A stretch of 63,160 bases of DNA, counting the filler, from Octopus bimaculoides (taxonomy: Eukaryota), in assembly GCF_001194135.2 (NCBI RefSeq). It is 3 parts of 3 records of this genome, joined end to end, with 100 filler letters (N's around TTAATTAATTAA, not from the genome) between each part and the next. Parts side by side here need not be neighbours in the genome. Positions count along the whole stretch, not along the records: positions 1 to 28,422 come from NC_069006.1; positions 28,523 to 31,110 come from NC_068994.1; positions 31,211 to 63,160 come from NC_068991.1. One strand, written 5' to 3'. Numbering within the stretch: position 1 is the first letter of the stretch; every line of letters begins with the position of its first letter. The notes under the pieces are model-generated. The model saw only the letters and a list, made by a program, of their open reading frames with translations. It was not told the DNA's origin and ran no database searches. Of this stretch, positions 26,451-40,066 are shown one piece after another. A program made the translations under genes and the position numbers.

Positions 26451-26921
26451 GCATACATGCATATGTGTGTATATATATGTGTGCGTGTGTATATGTGTAT
26501 ATAAATGTGTGCGTGTGTATATATATGTATGTGTGTGTGTGCGTGTAGCGTGTATATATGTGTTTGTGTGTGTGCGTGCGTGTGTATGTGTGTGCATGTA
26601 TATATGTGTGTGTGTGTGTGTATGTGTATGTCTGTATGTATGCGTGTGTGTGTGTGCAGGTTTGCACTGAGCATATCCTAGAGTTTTGAAGGAGGAAAGG
26701 TGCAATGATGTAACATTTTAAATAGCAAAAAGCACCTGCAGTGTGTGTGTGTGCAGGGGGAGGGGTCGTGGGTTAAGCGTGGTTGGGTGCAGTCATGAAA
26801 TATCAAGACCCGATCCCATTGCGTGGCCTCGTAGGGCTATATGTCTTTTACTATTGTTTTCAGCTACGTACGACTCTTGTGAGTGAAACCTCTAGGACGA
26901 ACAGAAACTATGGGAACCCGT

Positions 26922-27270
26922 CTTGGCAACAATCCGGATACTTATTGATCAGACCACGTACCAATCAGTCGAGTGGCCTATTTCTGAATGTGGTTCAAGA
27001 TAGCTGTCTGTGTACAGCAACAGCCTGCTCGTGAAATTAACGTGCAAGTGGCTGAGCATTCCAGACATGTGTACCCTTAACGTAGTTCTCTCAGGGAGAT
27101 TCAGCGTGACACAGAGTGTTGCCATAGTAACGAAGCTAAAATACGCAGAGTGAAGCTGCTTGGCACAAATTGACCTGGAACTCTGTTGTGCATGCGCACT
27201 AAGTTTTAACGTTCTAGCTCGCTTCCGTTGTTTACAGCAGTGCTTGGAAGGATGGTGAGTCCTGTGCGTC
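26922..27270. mobile_element. mariner terminal fragments interleaved with a SINE D fragment
   Basis: TIR CCGGATACTTATTGATCAGACCACG+TA ends at 26960; SINE D (-) 27024-27117; mariner subterminal TTGCCATAGTAACGAAG... 27118-27270 matches 41981+ and 53400-53504. Confidence 0.65.
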
Positions 27271-27929
27271 ACGTTACACACAAGACAGGCAAAAAGTTAA
27301 TATACAACCTTTTATCTGTTCAAAGCATTTTCATAAGTGTGTCGTAAACGTCCATGCTTGTTTTCAAAATTTTAATCATCCCTTATTTCGTTCGTTTTGA
27401 GTAATATAAGCGCCAAGTGAGTCTGAATCTTGGAAAAAAATTTAGAATGTGTCTCATATATGATGCATGGACACCAGCGAAATATCTCCTGTGTATCACA
27501 TGTAATAAACAGGACATCGAGAGGTTAAGACCCTTACGCTAAGATACATCATAACTTCGTCTTAACCATATTTTTATATCATCTGTTCACTTCATCACTT
27601 CACTTATTGTTTCCAAGTAGATTTCTGCTTCCTGTCCCTCCGCCATATAATTCTAGCAGAACTTGTAGAGCTCCGGATTAGAAGTGAGTCCTACGGCATA
27701 TAATCTCACACTTCGGCATTCCGAGTTCGCGTTCCGTCGGGGGTCAATTTAGCCTTTCGTCCAGTTACTGTTTACATTAGTAGTAGTATTGTCATTACGC
27801 CCAGAGTGTAAATACGTTTTATAATGTTTAAATGTTGATCTTTGCTTCTTGAAAGTCTGTCCTTTTTTCTTTCTGGTTCTGCGACTTAACTAACGACATT
27901 ACTTTTAACAAACTAATCTAAATACAGGT

Positions 27930-27961
<32 letters not shown>

Positions 27962-28142
27962 CACACATACATGTATAGTGTGTCTGTATATTATATATAT
28001 GTGTGTGTATATATATCAACACGTATGTGTGTACATTATATAAGTATGTATACGTTAGTGTGTGTACATTGTATATGTATGTGTGTATCTATATGCGTAT
28101 TTGAGTGTATATATAGATATATATGCATACATACGTACGCGA

Positions 28143-28180
<38 letters not shown>

Positions 28181-28184
<4 letters not shown>

Positions 28185-28416
28185 TTTAGTGGTTAGGGCA
28201 TTTTGTTCAAGATCGTAAGGTCGTGAGTTCAATTCCCGGCGACGCGTTGTGTCCTTGAGCAAGGCACTTTATTTCACGTTGCTCCAGTCCACTCAGCTGG
28301 CAAAAATGAGTTGTACGTGTAATTGAAAAGGGCCACCCTTGTCACGCTCTGTGTCACGATGAATCTCCCCGAGAACTATGTGAAGGGTTAGGGTTAGGGT
28401 TAGGGTTAGGGTACAC
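28181..28416 (+). mobile_element. tRNA-derived SINE family D containing (TTAGGG)4
   Basis: Head GGTTTAGTGGTTAGG, GAGTTCAATTCCC, GTGTCCTTGAGCAAGGCACTTT domain; telomeric array at 28385-28412. Confidence 0.85.
28385..28412 (+). repeat. interstitial telomeric-type repeat (TTAGGG)4
   Basis: GGG(TTAGGG)4T read directly, units 28388-28411. Confidence 0.95.
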
Positions 28417-28522
28417 ACTTTANNNNNNNNNNNNNNNNNNNNNNNNNNNNNNNNNNNNNNNNNNNNTTAATTAATTAANNNNNNNNNNNNNNNNNNNNNN
28501 NNNNNNNNNNNNNNNNNNNNNN

Positions 28523-28985
28523 TTCCGTTTGTCTTTCCTTGCTTGTCCCCAACGTGTGTAGCCCCTTGTGGGTAATAAAGAAATTGGTATTTCGTCTGCC
28601 ATTACGTTCTGAGTTCAAATTCCGCTGAGGTCAACTTTGCCTTTCATCCTTTCGGGGTCGATTAAATAAGTACCAGTTACGCACTGGGGTCGATATAATC
28701 GAGTTATTCCGTTTGTCTTTCCTTGCTTGTCCCCAACGTGTGTAGCCCCTTGTGGGCAATAAAGAAATAAGAAACGTTAGCACGCTGGGCGAAATGCTTA
28801 GCGGTATTTCGTCTGCCGTTACGTTCTGAGTTCAAATTCCGCCGTGGTCGACTTTGCATTTCATCCTTTCGGGGTCGATAAATTAAGTACCAGTTACGCA
28901 CTGGGGTCGATGTAATCGACTTAATCCCTTTGTCTGTCCTTGTTTGTCCCCTCTATGTTTAGCCCCTTGTGGGTAATAAAGAAAT
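28523..28985 (+). mobile_element. head-to-tail concatemer of SINE family A units
   Basis: Three successive tails GCCCCTTGTGGG(T/C)AATAAAGAAAT; the first two are each followed by a 5'-truncated unit. Confidence 0.9.
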
Positions 28986-30153
28986 AAGATGTGAACAAGC
29001 GATTGCCAAACTTTGAGCCAACAACGCGATTTGTGAGCCAGCGTTAAAAGAAACAGCTCATCTTTGAACCAATAGTTGTAGCATGTTGAACAAGAAGTGC
29101 ATCAATGCATGGTGAAACTCTGATGGGAATTGAAATCGCAGTATTTCATTCGCTGATTATGTGACTTCGCTAACTTGGGTTTTCATCGAAAACAATCTAT
29201 ACAGACAGTCTAATTATATATACAGAGAATGCAAACAGTAACAAGAGCAATATTTGTTTAAAAAAAAACTCAACCAAACAAACAAAGAAACACAAACAGA
29301 AAAAGAGAAAAAAACCTAGTGTCTGTCACATGCTGTGCGGTGTAATGTATAATTAATGTCCATTGGTTTTTGTCGAAACAAGTAAAATCTCATGCTGTGC
29401 ACCCCTGAAAGTTAATAAAAAGTGTGCCTACGCAATAAAAGAACACGTGACTTAACTACAATTCGTCCCAGGAAAATGGGAGCAGACACAATACCATGGC
29501 ACCCTAGTCGTGGCTGATTACGTATTCTGAAAATGAGTGTCTGTGTGTGTGTGTGTGTGTGTGTGGTGATGGTGTTGGGGTTTAACGTTGCTGAATACAG
29601 CAAGCTTTTAAATCTGTATCGTGTCTACTAATGCAACTAATCCAGCCGTAATAATGATTTTTAATGAGAGATAGTCACGGTTGGAACGTTTTTGATTAGT
29701 GTTGGTATGGAGCTAAACAACAACAGCAACAACAACAATAATAACGACAACAACAGAAATAATTATGTTTCTTTGTAATCGATTGATCAGCTAGAAATAG
29801 TCACCAAACTTACTTCTAATCACTCCTGTTGTCTTTTAAATGGTCATAATTGGATAGTATAGTCCTAGATACACTATGTTTCAATAGAGGTCACATTGAT
29901 CGTGTGTGGAACGGATTTGATTAGGGATGTTCTCGTCTTACTGCTGTAATCATTTTTAATACGAGTACAAAGCCATAAATTTCTGTAAAGGAATCGGTTG
30001 GCCACATCGGCCCACTAATTGCCTCGTGATTAATTCATTAATCTGAAAGGATGAAAGGTAAAGTCGACATTTTGTTCGACTCAGCCAATCCGTCGTCATA
30101 CTGTAATAATCTAAAACAAAGCGGTCAAAAATGGAAGTAGCATTTTCATAATC

Positions 30154-30185
<32 letters not shown>

Positions 30186-30829
30186 AATAAGAAGATTGTC
30201 CGGAAATGTTTCACTGTAGGGGAAGACGGCTGAGGGGTTCTTGTCCTCTGATGAATGGCCAACTAACTGTGAAATCTTTAATTTTCAATGCGCAAAGAGA
30301 ATAATTTGATGTGTTTATATCTGTTTGAAGTTCCACAGAAAAAAGTTCTAAAAAACAGTAGATTAGCCACTTTATATTTATCTTAGGTTTCTAAAATACT
30401 CTGTGTAGTGTATAAATATTTATTAATTATTTGTTTTTATCACAACGGAGACGGACCTACAGTAATACAAATTAGCCCAGTCATTACAAACTAACTTCTG
30501 TATATGTAATATTCTTTTTCTCGGTGCAGATTGTACAATGATACATGAAACCATGTGTACAAGACACAGCATTAACATTTATATTAATATTGATAGTTGT
30601 ATTTCTACGTGTATTCCTATATGGTCATCAGATTATATGTATATTCATATATGTCTGTGTGTGTGTATGTGTGTGTGTGTGTGTGCGTGTGTCTGTGTGT
30701 GTCCGTGTGTGTGTAAGGATATGGAAATGCATGTATGTATGTATATATTTATTTGTGTGAATATGTATATGTTTATGCATATAATAAAAAGAACTATATA
30801 CGTATAAATTAGTGTATTTTATGTGTGCG

Positions 30830-31085
30830 TGTGTGTGTGTTTATATATCAATGTTGGGGGACAAACACAGACACACAAACATACACACACACACACATAC
30901 ACACATATATATATATACATACATATATACGGCGGGCTTCTTTCAGTTTCATCTACCAAATCCACTCACAAGGCTTTGGTCGGCCCGTGGCTATAGTAGA
31001 AGACACTTGCCCAAGGTGCCACGCGGTGGGACTGAATCCGGAACCATGTGGTTGATAAGCAAGCTACTTACCACATAGCCACTCC
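30830..31085 (-). mobile_element. composite SINE family B/C with internal microsatellite
   Basis: ATGTTGGGGACAAACACAGACAC, (CA)/(TA)n, full B head ending CCACATAGCCACTCCT. Confidence 0.85.
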
Positions 31086-31825
31086 TATATATATATATAT
31101 ATATATATATNNNNNNNNNNNNNNNNNNNNNNNNNNNNNNNNNNNNNNNNNNNNTTAATTAATTAANNNNNNNNNNNNNNNNNNNNNNNNNNNNNNNNNN
31201 NNNNNNNNNNATATATATTAAATATATCTATATACATGTGTGTGGTGTATATTTATTTTTATGTACACACACATGCACACACACACACACACATACACGT
31301 GTGTATATATATATATCTATAAATATACATATATATGTATATATTTTTATACGTTTCTAAATATATTTATATATATTTGAATATGTGTGTGTACGAATGT
31401 ACATTTATGTATGCATATATGCATGTGTGAATATCATATATGCTCGCTACCTTAAATTTTAAGTAGCTTTATTCATCTCTTAATGCACTCGTGCACACTT
31501 CAGAATTCAAATGATCTCGAAAAGGACATATATTATATACGCTAAGTAAATAATTCATACATACATGTATGCATGCATACATACATACATACATACATAC
31601 ATACATACATGCACACACACATCCATGTATGCATGGATACATACATACATATTCACAGTTATAGACATCCAACAGACACTCACATGCAGTGTATGTATTG
31701 TATTCATATAAAGTACATGGTATATATATATATTGGTATATATATATATATATATANNNNNNNNNNNNNTATTGCACACACACACACACGCTCACACTCA
31801 CGTACACAGACGTTCATTTATACAT

Positions 31826-31878
<53 letters not shown>

Positions 31879-33428
31879 CTTGCTTGAATCTATATGTGAG
31901 GGAAATATGCGACACATCGAGCAGAGGAAAAAATTACGTATTCCATGTATGTAAAATGTACAAATATAAGCGTCATTTTGTTGAATCGTTTGTATTCATG
32001 TTCGTTCAAAATTTCCAAGATTTATAACCCTTTTCTTAATACTCTGTATCTCATTAAAATAAAATTAGTCTCTAATGCATTCTTAACGGATTCTTAGTTT
32101 TTTGTTTGTTTCTGCTTCTTTTTTTTTTTTTTATCTTATTTTGACACTTTGAGTTCAGAATCAGAAACAGAAAGGTAAGAAAAATATAATAAAAAACGCC
32201 ACCATCATATCGTATTTAATGAATTGTTTTCTGTATATCTATGACATTATAGGAAACTCTCCTCACGTTACATTGTGGATTCAATCAGAATATTCACTTT
32301 AGTTTCATACATTTTTCACAAAGCTTTATATATAACTTGGCACAAAATTAAATTTATCAAACTATAAGTAAGAAGAGTTTGGTAAAACTTAATCATTTAT
32401 AAACGTGACTTAAGATTTATGTTTCACTATCAATCTCTCATCTCCCTTAATCTTCCGACTACTCCGATACGTATGAATATTTATTACAGCGTCTGTATGT
32501 ATAAAAGTGTGAAATAAAGAATATACTTGTTAACGCATTGTGTGTATTTACGCATATGTATTTTTGGCTGAACGAGCATTTATGCATCTATCTATGTATA
32601 TATGTATATCAGTGCGTACGTACTTACCTATGTATATATATATTTATATGTATGTGCGTACGTATATACGTATTTGTGTACCAATGCATATATATATGTA
32701 TATGCATGTATATATGTATGTGCATACGTATGTATATATCTGTATGAGTATATATTTGTATTGTGTTTTTGTTGGTTATTTAGCACGTTAGGGAAACGAT
32801 TTATGTCGTAAACCACAAAGTTGTGGTAATTTAATACTTCTTTTACGCGTCCCAGATTACAATGTCGAGTCTTCGCGGTGCAAATATCACCGAGGTCAGG
32901 TTTATAAACCATGAAAGTATAAATTACGATTCCTTGATCAGTTTTCGGGATATTGAACTGCTACTCTGACATCTTTACTCATTACCAGCAATTTCGTTAA
33001 AGTCTTATCAATTCATAACATTCTATAATATACATTGACTTCTCTTTTCTCTTGACTTTTCACCTTTATCTGCCGTCACCAAAATTATTCTTGCATACGT
33101 TTCTTCAATAATGATTCAGCCTGTTAGTTTTTCAGAAGTATGGGATATCTTCGTGTATTTTCAAGAAGTAGAAAATATAGTTCCGTCACAAATTCGACAA
33201 ATACAAAGCGAATTTCAGTTCAAAAATACATTAATGCCAATGACTGCCATTTGTCACGACGTGTAATGCCCTGAATTTTGTAAAGAATACTACATTGCCG
33301 TCCAATACTTCATAGTGATAGAATATATATACTGTACATTCATGCCTACATACACACGCATATATATATATATATATGCATACACTAAACCAAAATGTGT
33401 GGGTGTGCATGACTGCGTGAGTGAGTGA

Positions 33429-33512
<84 letters not shown>

Positions 33513-34164
33513 GAAAGGCAGACAAGGTATGCGTCGTTGAAAGATCGCACCTTTTTTGAGAGTGAAAATTTCCACCACACTACTTAATTCAAGATCTGAA
33601 AATTTTAGCAAATGCCAGCTCATGGACAAATTTCTTTTGTCGAATTGGAAGACACCACCCTCTGCGGATTAAACAACTGTTTCACAGACTTTAGCGTCTT
33701 ATCCATTGAGTTACGCTATGTCAGCTAGATAAACTATGATTTCTAGGGACAGGGTTTTCTTTCTTACCTCTTCTCTTCCCCTTGTCTTCTCACAGACCAG
33801 CGACATGGTTGTTTTCAAATAGGACTACCCATGCACACTGAGCCTGAAAGAGTGCTTGGAGACATAAGGCATGTTACATAAATTTGCCGGATTAACGTGT
33901 TTCTACGGCATGAATCGTTAAACATTTTGTTGAAAGTTAATTCGTTATGATACTGTCGAAGCTGTACAGTAAGTCTCTCCACAAGCCGACATTTTGAGTG
34001 CTAAGCATTCATTTCCCGCATTGTATATAGAAATGCACATATTATTGTTCTCTTTTATTTTTCTTCATTTCATTACATAATACCTGCTACCCCTACCGGG
34101 CGTTACTTGATATAACGTAAATCACACTAAATCATTGTATGTATTGTTTCCTAATTTGGGCACA

Positions 34165-34455
34165 AGGACAGCAATATAGGGGGAAGGAAGATAAACCTAT
34201 TATTATATGGATCCCAATATGCAACTGGCATTTACCCCCAAAAGGTTGAAAAGCAAAGTCGACCTCGGGGGAATTTGAACTTAGAGCATGAAGATGGGCA
34301 AATTGTCGCTAAGCAATACTTATTTTATCGACACCGAGAGGATGAAAGGCAAAGTCAACCTCGAAAGAATTTGAACTTAGAACACAAAGACGGGCGAAAT
34401 GCCTCTATGTATTTGGGCCGGCCTGCTAACTGATTCTGCTATCTCGCCGCCTTAA
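34165..34455 (-). mobile_element. two tandem SINE family A units
   Basis: Two reverse-complement copies of GGATGAAAGGCAAAGTCAACCTCG..GAATTTGAACTTAG. Confidence 0.75.
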
Positions 34456-35874
34456 TCAGAGTATATATTGATCAGCCATCTGTATGTTGCTGGGATAATG
34501 CGTCACCTATCGCTTTCCCTCTGTTCTAAGTTTTACTCATAAACTTATATGTATCTGTTACTTTGTCTGTGCGTACGTATGTGAAAATGACTATGCATAT
34601 GTGAACGCCTGAAGCTGTGTGCTTGCTTGCATGCATGAGAATAAAAGTGTCTTTATCTTGTCTGGTGAAATCATTTCGTATAATAGTAACATAAGAAACT
34701 CGTCTCGCATCACATTATGGATTCAATCAGAATATTCAGTTTATTCTAATACATTTTACACAAAGCTTTATATATGATTTGACACAAGTTTAAATTCATC
34801 AAACTACAAGAAAGTTTAGAAAAACGCAATCATTTAGATAATAACGTCTCTTAGGATTTACATTTCATTATGGAAGTCTCTTTTCGCTTAATCTACATAA
34901 AAAATCGATATATTTTTTTTTTATCGCATCGAAGGAATTTTAATTCAATGAATCGACCCCAGTACTTATTTTCTTTCTAAACCTGGTGCTAATTCTATCA
35001 GTCTCCATTGCCGAACCTATGTTTACGGGGACGTAAAGACAGCAACACTGGTTGTGCAGCAGTGTATGGGGCCAAACACAGACACAAAGTCACAGACACA
35101 TATCAGGTATACTCACACATATATCTATATTTATGTAGATGTGTATATATACACACATATATATATTTATATATGTATATATATATAAATATATATATGT
35201 ATATATATATACGTATACATATACATATACATACATACATACATACATACGTACATATATATATANNNNNNNNNNNNNNNNNNNNNNNNNNNNNNNNNNN
35301 NNNNNNNNNNNNNNNNNNNNNNNNNNNNNNNNNNNNNNNNNNNNNNNNNNNNNNNNNNNNNNNNNNNNNNNNNNNNNNNNNNNNNNNNNNNNNNNNNNNN
35401 NNNNNNNNNNNNNNNNNNNNNNNNNNNNNNNNNNNNNNNNNNNNNNNNNNNNNNNNNNNNNNNNNNNNNNNNNNNNNNNNNNNNNNNNNNNNNNNNNNNN
35501 NNNNNNNNNNNNNNNNNNNNNNNNNNNNNNNNNNNNNNNNNNNNNNNNNNNNNNNNNNNNNNNNNNNNNNNNNNNNNNNNNNNNNNNNNNNNNNNNNNNN
35601 NNNNNNNNNNNNNNNNNNNNNNNNNNNNNNNNNNNNNNNNNNNNNNNNNNNNNNNNNNNNNNNNNNNNNNNNNNNNNNNNNNNNNNNNNNNNNNNNNNNN
35701 NNNNNNNNNNNNNNNNNNNNNNNNNNNNNNNNNNNNNNNNNNNNNNNNNNNNNNNNNNNNNNNNNNNNNNNNNNNNNNNNNNNNNNNNNNNNNNNNNNNN
35801 NNNNNNNNCATATATATATTTATATATGTATATATATATAAATATATATATGTATATATATATATATATATGAG

Positions 35875-37060
35875 TTTATTTGTTCGATGTCACTCTCCCG
35901 AAAACAACTAGATTCCTTCGTCTCCTTTGTTCAATCCTTCCGTCCTGTCCTCCAATTCTGTTGTACTGTTTCCAAAAATTCTGTCTCCTTTCTCGACATT
36001 TCATTCAACATACACAACTCCGCTCTCACTACTCCAATCCACTACAAACAAACCGACTCGACACTCATACCTAAACTTCTCCTGCTCCCACTCTAAACAG
36101 ACCAAACTCTCCACCCACTACTCCCAATTCTTTCGACTGCGCAGGCTATGGAGTGACAATCATGACTTTGAGACCCAGGCTCAACACATCGTTCCCACTT
36201 CCTTCTTCGTGGATATTCCGACACCACTATCCACACAGCCCTTGCCAGCGCACGTTCTGGTGACCGTACCTCTGCTCACTCTCCCCGCACCCGCCCCACA
36301 GTTGCCCGTCTCCCGTTTTGCCTCACCTACCACCGTTCCACCTTGCCCCTCCAGCGCACCATTCTCGGAGTCTTGTTACGACTCCAGTCCGACCCTTCCA
36401 CTTCGCACATTTTCCCAGACCTACCCCTTCCTCTTTCAAACGAGCCCATGACCTACGTGACCTACTGGGTCACAGATTTTACCCAACTCTACATCCCAAC
36501 CTGGTTCGTTCTCCTATCCCCGCCCACGCTGCCACGCTTGCCCCTACTTCTCCAACACCACTATCCTCATAGGAACCAATCATCGTTCCTATCATAACAC
36601 TGACTCCTTTACCTGCACTTCTAGTAACGCCATTTATTGCATCTCCTGCTCTTTCTGCCCTTCTCTGTACATCGGTCAAACGGGACGTCGCTTGCATGAC
36701 CAGTTCGCGGAGTACTTCCGAGACATTAGACTCAGCGTTGACACCCCGGTCTCACGCCATTTCCGCTCTACCGGTCATTCATTACAACACATGTCTGTGT
36801 TCGGATTGTCTTTGCACAGGTGCCATCCGGACTCCTGCTTTCGTTGCGAACAGGTATTAATCTTCTCTCTTCGCTCCTTTGCGCCACATAAGATCAACTC
36901 CCCTCCCCTCTTCTTTTGACTCCACTCCTCCCCTTTTTCCATCTGATACCTACTTCCTCTCTTCACTCCAATACACCTCTATTCATCGATACGCCCCATC
37001 CACACCCCACAACCGCACACCCCACTCCCACAGTCGTACCAGCCGTAACACCCCTGTGGT
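35875..37060 (+). mobile_element. Penelope-like retroelement relic (RT C-terminus, thumb, GIY-YIG endonuclease), 5'-truncated and frameshifted
   Basis: SFLDISF..IHYKQTDS and HSYLNFSCSHSKQTKLSTHYSQFFRLRRLWS (PLE RT/thumb pattern); 36602-36919 reads DSFTCTSSNAIYCISCSFCPSLYIGQTGRRLHDQFAEY...VSRHF, a GIY-YIG motif. Confidence 0.9.
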
Positions 37061-37129
37061 TAATTTTATATCTGTAACGATGTTATGAAATATATATATA
37101 TATATTTTAAATATCAATGTCTGATTGAA

Positions 37130-37333
37130 TTAATTAGCGTTTAAACTGACACTTATCAGGCCCAAATATTATACATGACTTGTGTTCAAACACTTACCTT
37201 TCATCGTCATTCTGTAGAATTAACAATCACATTATAGAAACCTGAAAGCTGCAAGCTAAAGCATGATTAATTTAAAAGAATTTGAATAAATAAACGTTGC
37301 ATTTAGTAAAGTAATCTCAATACTAAAGGGTTC
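37130..37333. mobile_element. degenerate piggyBac-like MITE (related fragment at 20965-21065)
   Basis: Right end CTAAAGGGTTCAA resembles a GGG-TTAA piggyBac terminus; the left part loosely resembles 20965-21065. Assignment is from memory and weak. Confidence 0.35.
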
Positions 37334-38056
37334 AAAGGAATTGGCTGCTGTTACTAGCAAGGCAAATTACGAAATATAGGTAACCTTGTTTATTTCGTGT
37401 ATTCTGTCAGCTAGTTATTATGCTATTGGGAAAATGATCTGAAAATGAAGATGGAACCCACATTACGACAATTTCCATTACTAGGCTACTAACATCCACA
37501 ACTATATCATAGTCGGAGAGTGTATATATTTGAAAGTATAATCTATGGAAACTTTTAATTGTCAGCAATGGAATGATTTTTCTTTGTAAATCTATTCGAT
37601 TAAGGATGATCTGGGGTTAAACAGCAATTATATCAGATACATCAAATACGTAGGGTTTCACCACACTTGTGACGCTCGCACAGGGTCAGAAAACACAGCC
37701 ATTGACTTATTTCACGTATAAATCAAATTGTATGTTTGTTCAAGATATCACTTGTCTCTGTATGAGCGTGTGTTTATCAAACACAATTTATAAATTGTGA
37801 TGCATAAGCATAAACATACATGTAATTCATGCATACAAACAGGCAGACAGACACACAAACACACATACATACATACATACATACATATGTACATACATGC
37901 GTACATATATGCATACATGCATATATATGCATGGAAGCATACGTGTATGCACATGTAAGAAACTTGTGTACATACGTAGACGCACAAACATATCTACGTG
38001 TGTGAGTTTGTATGTGTGTTTGTGCATGGGTGTGGGCAGAGATGTATATTCATTTA

Positions 38057-38087
<31 letters not shown>

Positions 38088-39110
38088 NNNNNNNNNNNNN
38101 NNNNNNNNNNNNNNNNNNNNNNNNNNNNNNNNNNNNNNNNNNNNNNNNNNNNNNNNNNNNNNNNNNNNNNNNNNNNNNNNNNNNNNNNNNNNNNNNNNNN
38201 NNNNNNNNNNNNNNNNNNNNNNNNNNNNNNNNNNNNNNNNNNNNNNNNNNNNNNNNNNNNNNNNNNNNNNNNNNNNNNNNNNNNNNNNNNNNNNNNNNNN
38301 NNNNNNNNNNNNNNNNNNNNNNNNNNNNNNNNNNNNNNNNNNNNNNNNNNNNNNNNNNNNNNNNNNNNNNNNNNNNNNNNNNNNNNNNNNNNNNNNNNNN
38401 NNNNNNNNNNNNNNNNNNNNNNNNNNNNNNNNNNNNNNNNNNNNNNNNNNNNNNNNNNNNNNNNNNNNNNNNNNNNNNNNNNNNNNNNNNNNNNNNNNNN
38501 NNATATATATATATATATATATATACATACACGTACACACATACGCACACACTCACACATATATGTCATGCGTCCTACAATATTCGTGATTGAAAACAAA
38601 ATATCTTTTCGTGTACACATTCGAAATTCCTGACATTCCACCCAACGCCGACCGTATTTAATATTGGCAAGCGTCAAATCAATTTCGTACCAAAAGATAT
38701 GAGCCATATGTGTCTAGAGATCAACAAGAAATGACCCGGATCTTCACGATCTTAACAATAAGTTTAAATCCTACTAGAATGAATCTGTTGTTCACAAAGA
38801 TGCACAGTTTTTAATATAATGTCACTTAAAACTAGTTACAACGCTGCAATGTCACACAAATTGATAGAGGCAAGAAAGCCAATAGCATGCATACGTGTCT
38901 TCTTTAATCAGTGGTTCGTATTTATCGTTGCTGGGCAATTATGTTCAATGTGTAATTGATATATCGTTGAATATAATATCAAAAAGGTGCGGCAAGCGAG
39001 CAAAGAGGGAGAAAAAGAAAAAAAAAATGAGATGTAGAGTAGAGAGGGAAAGACAGACAAACAGAAAGAGAAAGTAAGAGAAGAAGAAGAAGAAGATATA
39101 NNNNNNNNNN

Positions 39111-39143
<33 letters not shown>

Positions 39144-39440
39144 GAGATAGATATTATGCATTACTGCTATCTTGATCGCATCTGTCCGATAAGTTTGTTT
39201 GCGTGCGTGCATGAGTTGGTGTATGTGCGAGCGTGTTGGTGTAAATGTGTGGTCATGCTATCTGTGAGTGTGAGTATACACACATACATATATACACACC
39301 ACATAAACACATACACACACACACACACACATACACACGTAATACTGTACGTGAGTGTGTGCGCGTATGTTTATATTTATGTCTATATATCTAAAAATGC
39401 ACATATATGATATATGAGTAGTATATATATATATATAAGT

Positions 39441-39496
<56 letters not shown>

Positions 39497-39929
39497 GTGT
39501 TTATTTATATATATATAAACACATATGTCTATATATATCCATATATATATATATATATACTCATATATACATACATATACATATGTATTTATGTTTATAT
39601 ATATATATGTGTGTGTGTGTACATGAACAGACCTATATGTGTATTTGCATTTAGAAATATCGATACACACACATATACATACATATATGTGCGTCTTTAT
39701 AAACACGTACTAATCATATACACACACTAACACTTACACTCTGGCACAGGTCAATGCTTGCGCGCGCACGCACGCACGCACGCACACACACAAACATCTA
39801 TGCACGTACCCTGTATTTGTGTAATATTAAAGCGGATGTAGGGTTCACAAGTACCGTTATGTAATATGATATCGATATATTGGTATATTGATAAAGATAT
39901 AGCAATAACTGCCTTCGACGGCAACAACG

Positions 39930-40015
39930 GCATCATCGATGACGACGACGACGACGATGAAGATGTTTGTGATGATGATGACGGTTAGGACGATAACAAC
40001 GACGACGCTGCCGAC

Positions 40016-40066
<51 letters not shown>

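Noticed and set aside
28523-28985. Direct repeats resembling a CRISPR-like array
   Set aside because: Eukaryotic SINE units of 170-220 bp with no unique spacers or cas genes.
33796-33973. Strong acceptor (..CTTCTCACAG) with a downstream GTAAGT
   Set aside because: All frames hit stops; the only late ATG reaches the donor in phase 1, which is incompatible with the gene.
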